The notes beneath the pieces are model-generated. The model saw only the letters and a program-made list of their open reading frames with translations. It did no database searches and was not told the DNA's origin. The translations under genes and the position numbers were made by a program. This document shows positions 61,690 through 64,000 of a DNA stretch of 64,000 bases, piece after piece. Source of the stretch: Candidatus Cloacimonadota bacterium (GTDB lineage: Bacteria; Cloacimonadota; Cloacimonadia; Cloacimonadales; Cloacimonadaceae); contig JAKQNZ010000168.1 in NCBI GenBank assembly GCA_029565535.1, positions 4,635 to 68,634 on the forward strand. The letters are read 5' to 3'. The first letter of the stretch is position 1. The number at the start of each line of letters is the position of its first letter.

Positions 61690-63737
61690 TCATCAAAGAA
61701 TACGATATTTCCAATCTTGACTGCGCCAATTGCAGCGCCAAGATTGAGTCTGAAATAAACAATCTGTCGGAAGTGAGCATGGCGAATCTGGATTTTGTGA
61801 ACAAGCGTCTCACCATTCAATTTACCGAAGAGGTCGAACGTCCTCTGGAAAGGCTGAACGCCATCGCAGCCAGGATCGAGCCGGGAGTAGTGTTTTCCCA
61901 GATAGGTGAGGGTGGTATTAAATCAGATAAAAAGCCCTGGTTTGTGGTTTTGGCAATTCTGATTCTAACCGCATCTCTCTGGGTTGGCGGTTTACCGGGA
62001 GTGATATTAGGATTGGCAGCCTATCTGCTTTCCGGACATAAGGTTATTATATCCGCTGGCAAGGAACTAATCTCCAAACAGCTTTTTGCGGAAAATTTCC
62101 TGATGAGTATCGCAACTTTCGGAGCCTTGTATTTGGGTGAATATACCGAAGCTGCTGCCGTGATGATCCTCTACGAGATCGGCCAGTATCTGGAGTCCAG
62201 AGCGCTGAATAAAAGCCGCGCTTCAATTAGCGCACTACTTTCGCTGAAACCCGATAAATACCATGTTTCAACCCCCGATGGGATCGTGGACAAAAAGCTG
62301 TCTGAAGCCCAAAAAGGCGAAACCATGCTGGTTTATGCCGGTGAACGCATCCCCCTGGATGGGGTTATCAGCAAAGGCAACTCCAGTGTGGATACCTCTT
62401 CGTTGACCGGTGAAGCCGTTCCTGTAGCGGTTGAAGCAGGAACAGAGGTCTTTGCCGGTTTCGTGAACCGGGAAGGCATGCTGGAGATAACCGTGCAAAA
62501 AACCGATGCAGAAAGCATGCTCAGCCGAATCGGCAAACTGATCGAAAGTGCAACTGCCAAAAAGAGCAATACCGAACGCTTCATCACCCGCTTTGCGCGT
62601 GTTTATACCCCTGTGGTAGTGCTGGCTGCACTATTGGTCTTTGCCATTCCTTCTCTTCTGGGCTTTCCCGCAGCAGTATGGTTCAAACGAGCTTTGGTAC
62701 TGCTGATCGTGTCCTGTCCCTGCGCATTGGTGATCTCGGTTCCGCTTAGTTATTACATTGGATTGGGCAGGGCTGCCCGCCAGGGGATCATCTTTAAGGG
62801 CAGTATCTACCTCGATCTGCTGGCAAAGGTGAAGACCCTGGTTTTCGACAAAACAGGCACCCTTACCACCGGCGAACTGAGATTGGACTCAGTGAACCCC
62901 TTTGGAGAAACAGGCAAAGATGAGCTGCTGGAAAGCCTTTACCGCTGTGAATTCACTTCCTCGCATCCCTTTGCGCTGGCGGTAAAAAGGGCAAAGCAAT
63001 TTCCCTTCGATGCTGCCAAAGTGGAAGCCCTTTCCGAATACCCCGGCAAGGGAGTTTTGTTGGTTTACGAAAAGGATAAACTGATAGCGGGTTCTGAGGA
63101 TTTTATAAAGAGTTATGGCTTTGTTTCCCTCAGCGATACAGGCGATAAAAGCGCTGTGCATGTGGTAAAAAACGATCTCTACCTGGGTTATGTGAGCTTT
63201 GAAGATGAGCTGAAACCCGGGATGAAAGAAGCCATCCACAGTCTTCGAAACGCACCTGTGCAGCATTTCAGCATGCTTTCCGGCGATCGGCAGCCCAAAG
63301 CGGAAAAGGTGGCAAAAGAGCTCGGACTGGACAGCTTTGCAGCGCAACTGCTTCCCCAAGAAAAACTTAGTAAACTGGAGGAAAGCCTGAACCATCGAGA
63401 AAGGCTGCTTGCCTATTGTGGCGATGGCCTCAATGATGCACCTGTCCTCGCCAGGGCCGACCTGGGTATCGCCATGGGTAAAATCGGAGCCCAAGCCTCA
63501 ATCGAAACTGCTGATGTGGTGCTGCTGAACGATAAGCCGGAACAACTGCTTACTGCCTTCCGCCTCTCCAAACAGACCCAGAGCCTGGTTTGGCAAAATA
63601 TCTCCCTCGCTCTGGGAATAAAGATAATGGTCATGGCTTCCGGCTTGGCAGGAATCAGCGGGCTCTGGGAAGCCATTATCGCTGATGTGGGCGTAACCCT
63701 GCTAGTGATCTTCAATTCGCTGAGGATGGTAAAGTAG
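61686..63737 (+). CDS. Heavy-metal-translocating P1B-type ATPase (Cd/Zn/Co-type)
   Basis: N-terminal HMA 'CANCSAKIE', TM 'SCPCALVISVP', 'DKTGTLT', 'GDGLNDAP'. ATGA overlap with the arsR-family gene. Confidence 0.9.
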   Translation: MIIKEYDISNLDCANCSAKIESEINNLSEVSMANLDFVNKRLTIQFTEEVERPLERLNAIAARIEPGVVFSQIGEGGIKSDKKPWFVVLAILILTASLWVGGLPGVILGLAAYLLSGHKVIISAGKELISKQLFAENFLMSIATFGALYLGEYTEAAAVMILYEIGQYLESRALNKSRASISALLSLKPDKYHVSTPDGIVDKKLSEAQKGETMLVYAGERIPLDGVISKGNSSVDTSSLTGEAVPVAVEAGTEVFAGFVNREGMLEITVQKTDAESMLSRIGKLIESATAKKSNTERFITRFARVYTPVVVLAALLVFAIPSLLGFPAAVWFKRALVLLIVSCPCALVISVPLSYYIGLGRAARQGIIFKGSIYLDLLAKVKTLVFDKTGTLTTGELRLDSVNPFGETGKDELLESLYRCEFTSSHPFALAVKRAKQFPFDAAKVEALSEYPGKGVLLVYEKDKLIAGSEDFIKSYGFVSLSDTGDKSAVHVVKNDLYLGYVSFEDELKPGMKEAIHSLRNAPVQHFSMLSGDRQPKAEKVAKELGLDSFAAQLLPQEKLSKLEESLNHRERLLAYCGDGLNDAPVLARADLGIAMGKIGAQASIETADVVLLNDKPEQLLTAFRLSKQTQSLVWQNISLALGIKIMVMASGLAGISGLWEAIIADVGVTLLVIFNSLRMVK

Positions 63738-63789
63738 ATTACCCTTGAACATAATGACTCACAAGGTTTATTAAGAAAGTGTGCAAGTA

Positions 63790-64000
63790 AGCCCGAAGGG
63801 CGAAAGATCATAGCGATGGGCTCGGAGCTTTAGCGGAGACCCTCGATAATGTTAATTCCCAGATAGTTAGCCCCTTGTGGGCGACATATCATAACGATGG
63901 GTTCGGAGCTTTAGCGGAGACCCTCGATAATGCAGCGATACAGATATTTAGCCCCTTGTGGGCGACATATCATAGCGAAGGGTTCGGAGCTTTAGCGGAG
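63790..64000. repeat. Tandem repeat, 81-bp period, at least 2.6 copies, truncated by the window edge
   Basis: Copies start at 63790, 63869 and 63950. About 64 bp is conserved ('AGCCCCTTGTGGGCGACATATCATA.CGA.GGGTTCGGAGCTTTAGCGGAGACCCTCGATAATG') and about 17 bp is diverged. Confidence 0.85.

Overview
This is a 64-kb chromosomal segment from a diderm bacterium. Two secreted proteins carry 'NYPNPFNPETT...' T9SS-type C-terminal sorting domains, which suggests an FCB-related or candidate-phylum lineage such as Cloacimonadota. That placement is inference only. GC content looks mid-range by eye and was not computed.

Coding is dense, with about 50 protein genes and many 1-4-nt start/stop overlaps. 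Most genes are housekeeping:
- hutU (3' end), UGPase, folA, cobB, gdhA, PPi-PFK, dnaX, glnS, secDF, cdsA, uppS
- prfB with its programmed +1 frameshift
- uvrA, hup, dinB and amt

Accessory content:
- An ABC-energised Mla/MCE operon containing an unusual PqiC-like lipoprotein/beta-barrel fusion
- A C25 gingipain-like peptidase
- A TetR / outer-membrane protein / deacetylase operon
- A seven-gene glycan cluster (Wzx, three glycosyltransferases, epimerase, oxidoreductase)
- A GntR-ABC module
- An orphan UmuD-like gene coupled to a 1094-aa unknown envelope protein
- A cation antiporter-EIIA(Ntr) fusion downstream of amt
- An ArsR/P1B-ATPase metal module

I recognised no rRNA, tRNA, CRISPR, transposase, integrase or phage gene.

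The least explained signals are non-coding or small:
- A five-copy, hairpin-dense 88/113-bp tandem array at 14.76-15.24 kb
- A second 81-bp tandem array running off the 3' edge of the window
- A ~115-bp dispersed repeat family with three copies
- A 21-bp inverted repeat pair flanking 120 bp of AT-rich DNA
- A textbook sigma-54 promoter driving a stand-alone, internally duplicated 8-cysteine small protein

All functional calls rest on motif recognition by eye. No database searches were run.
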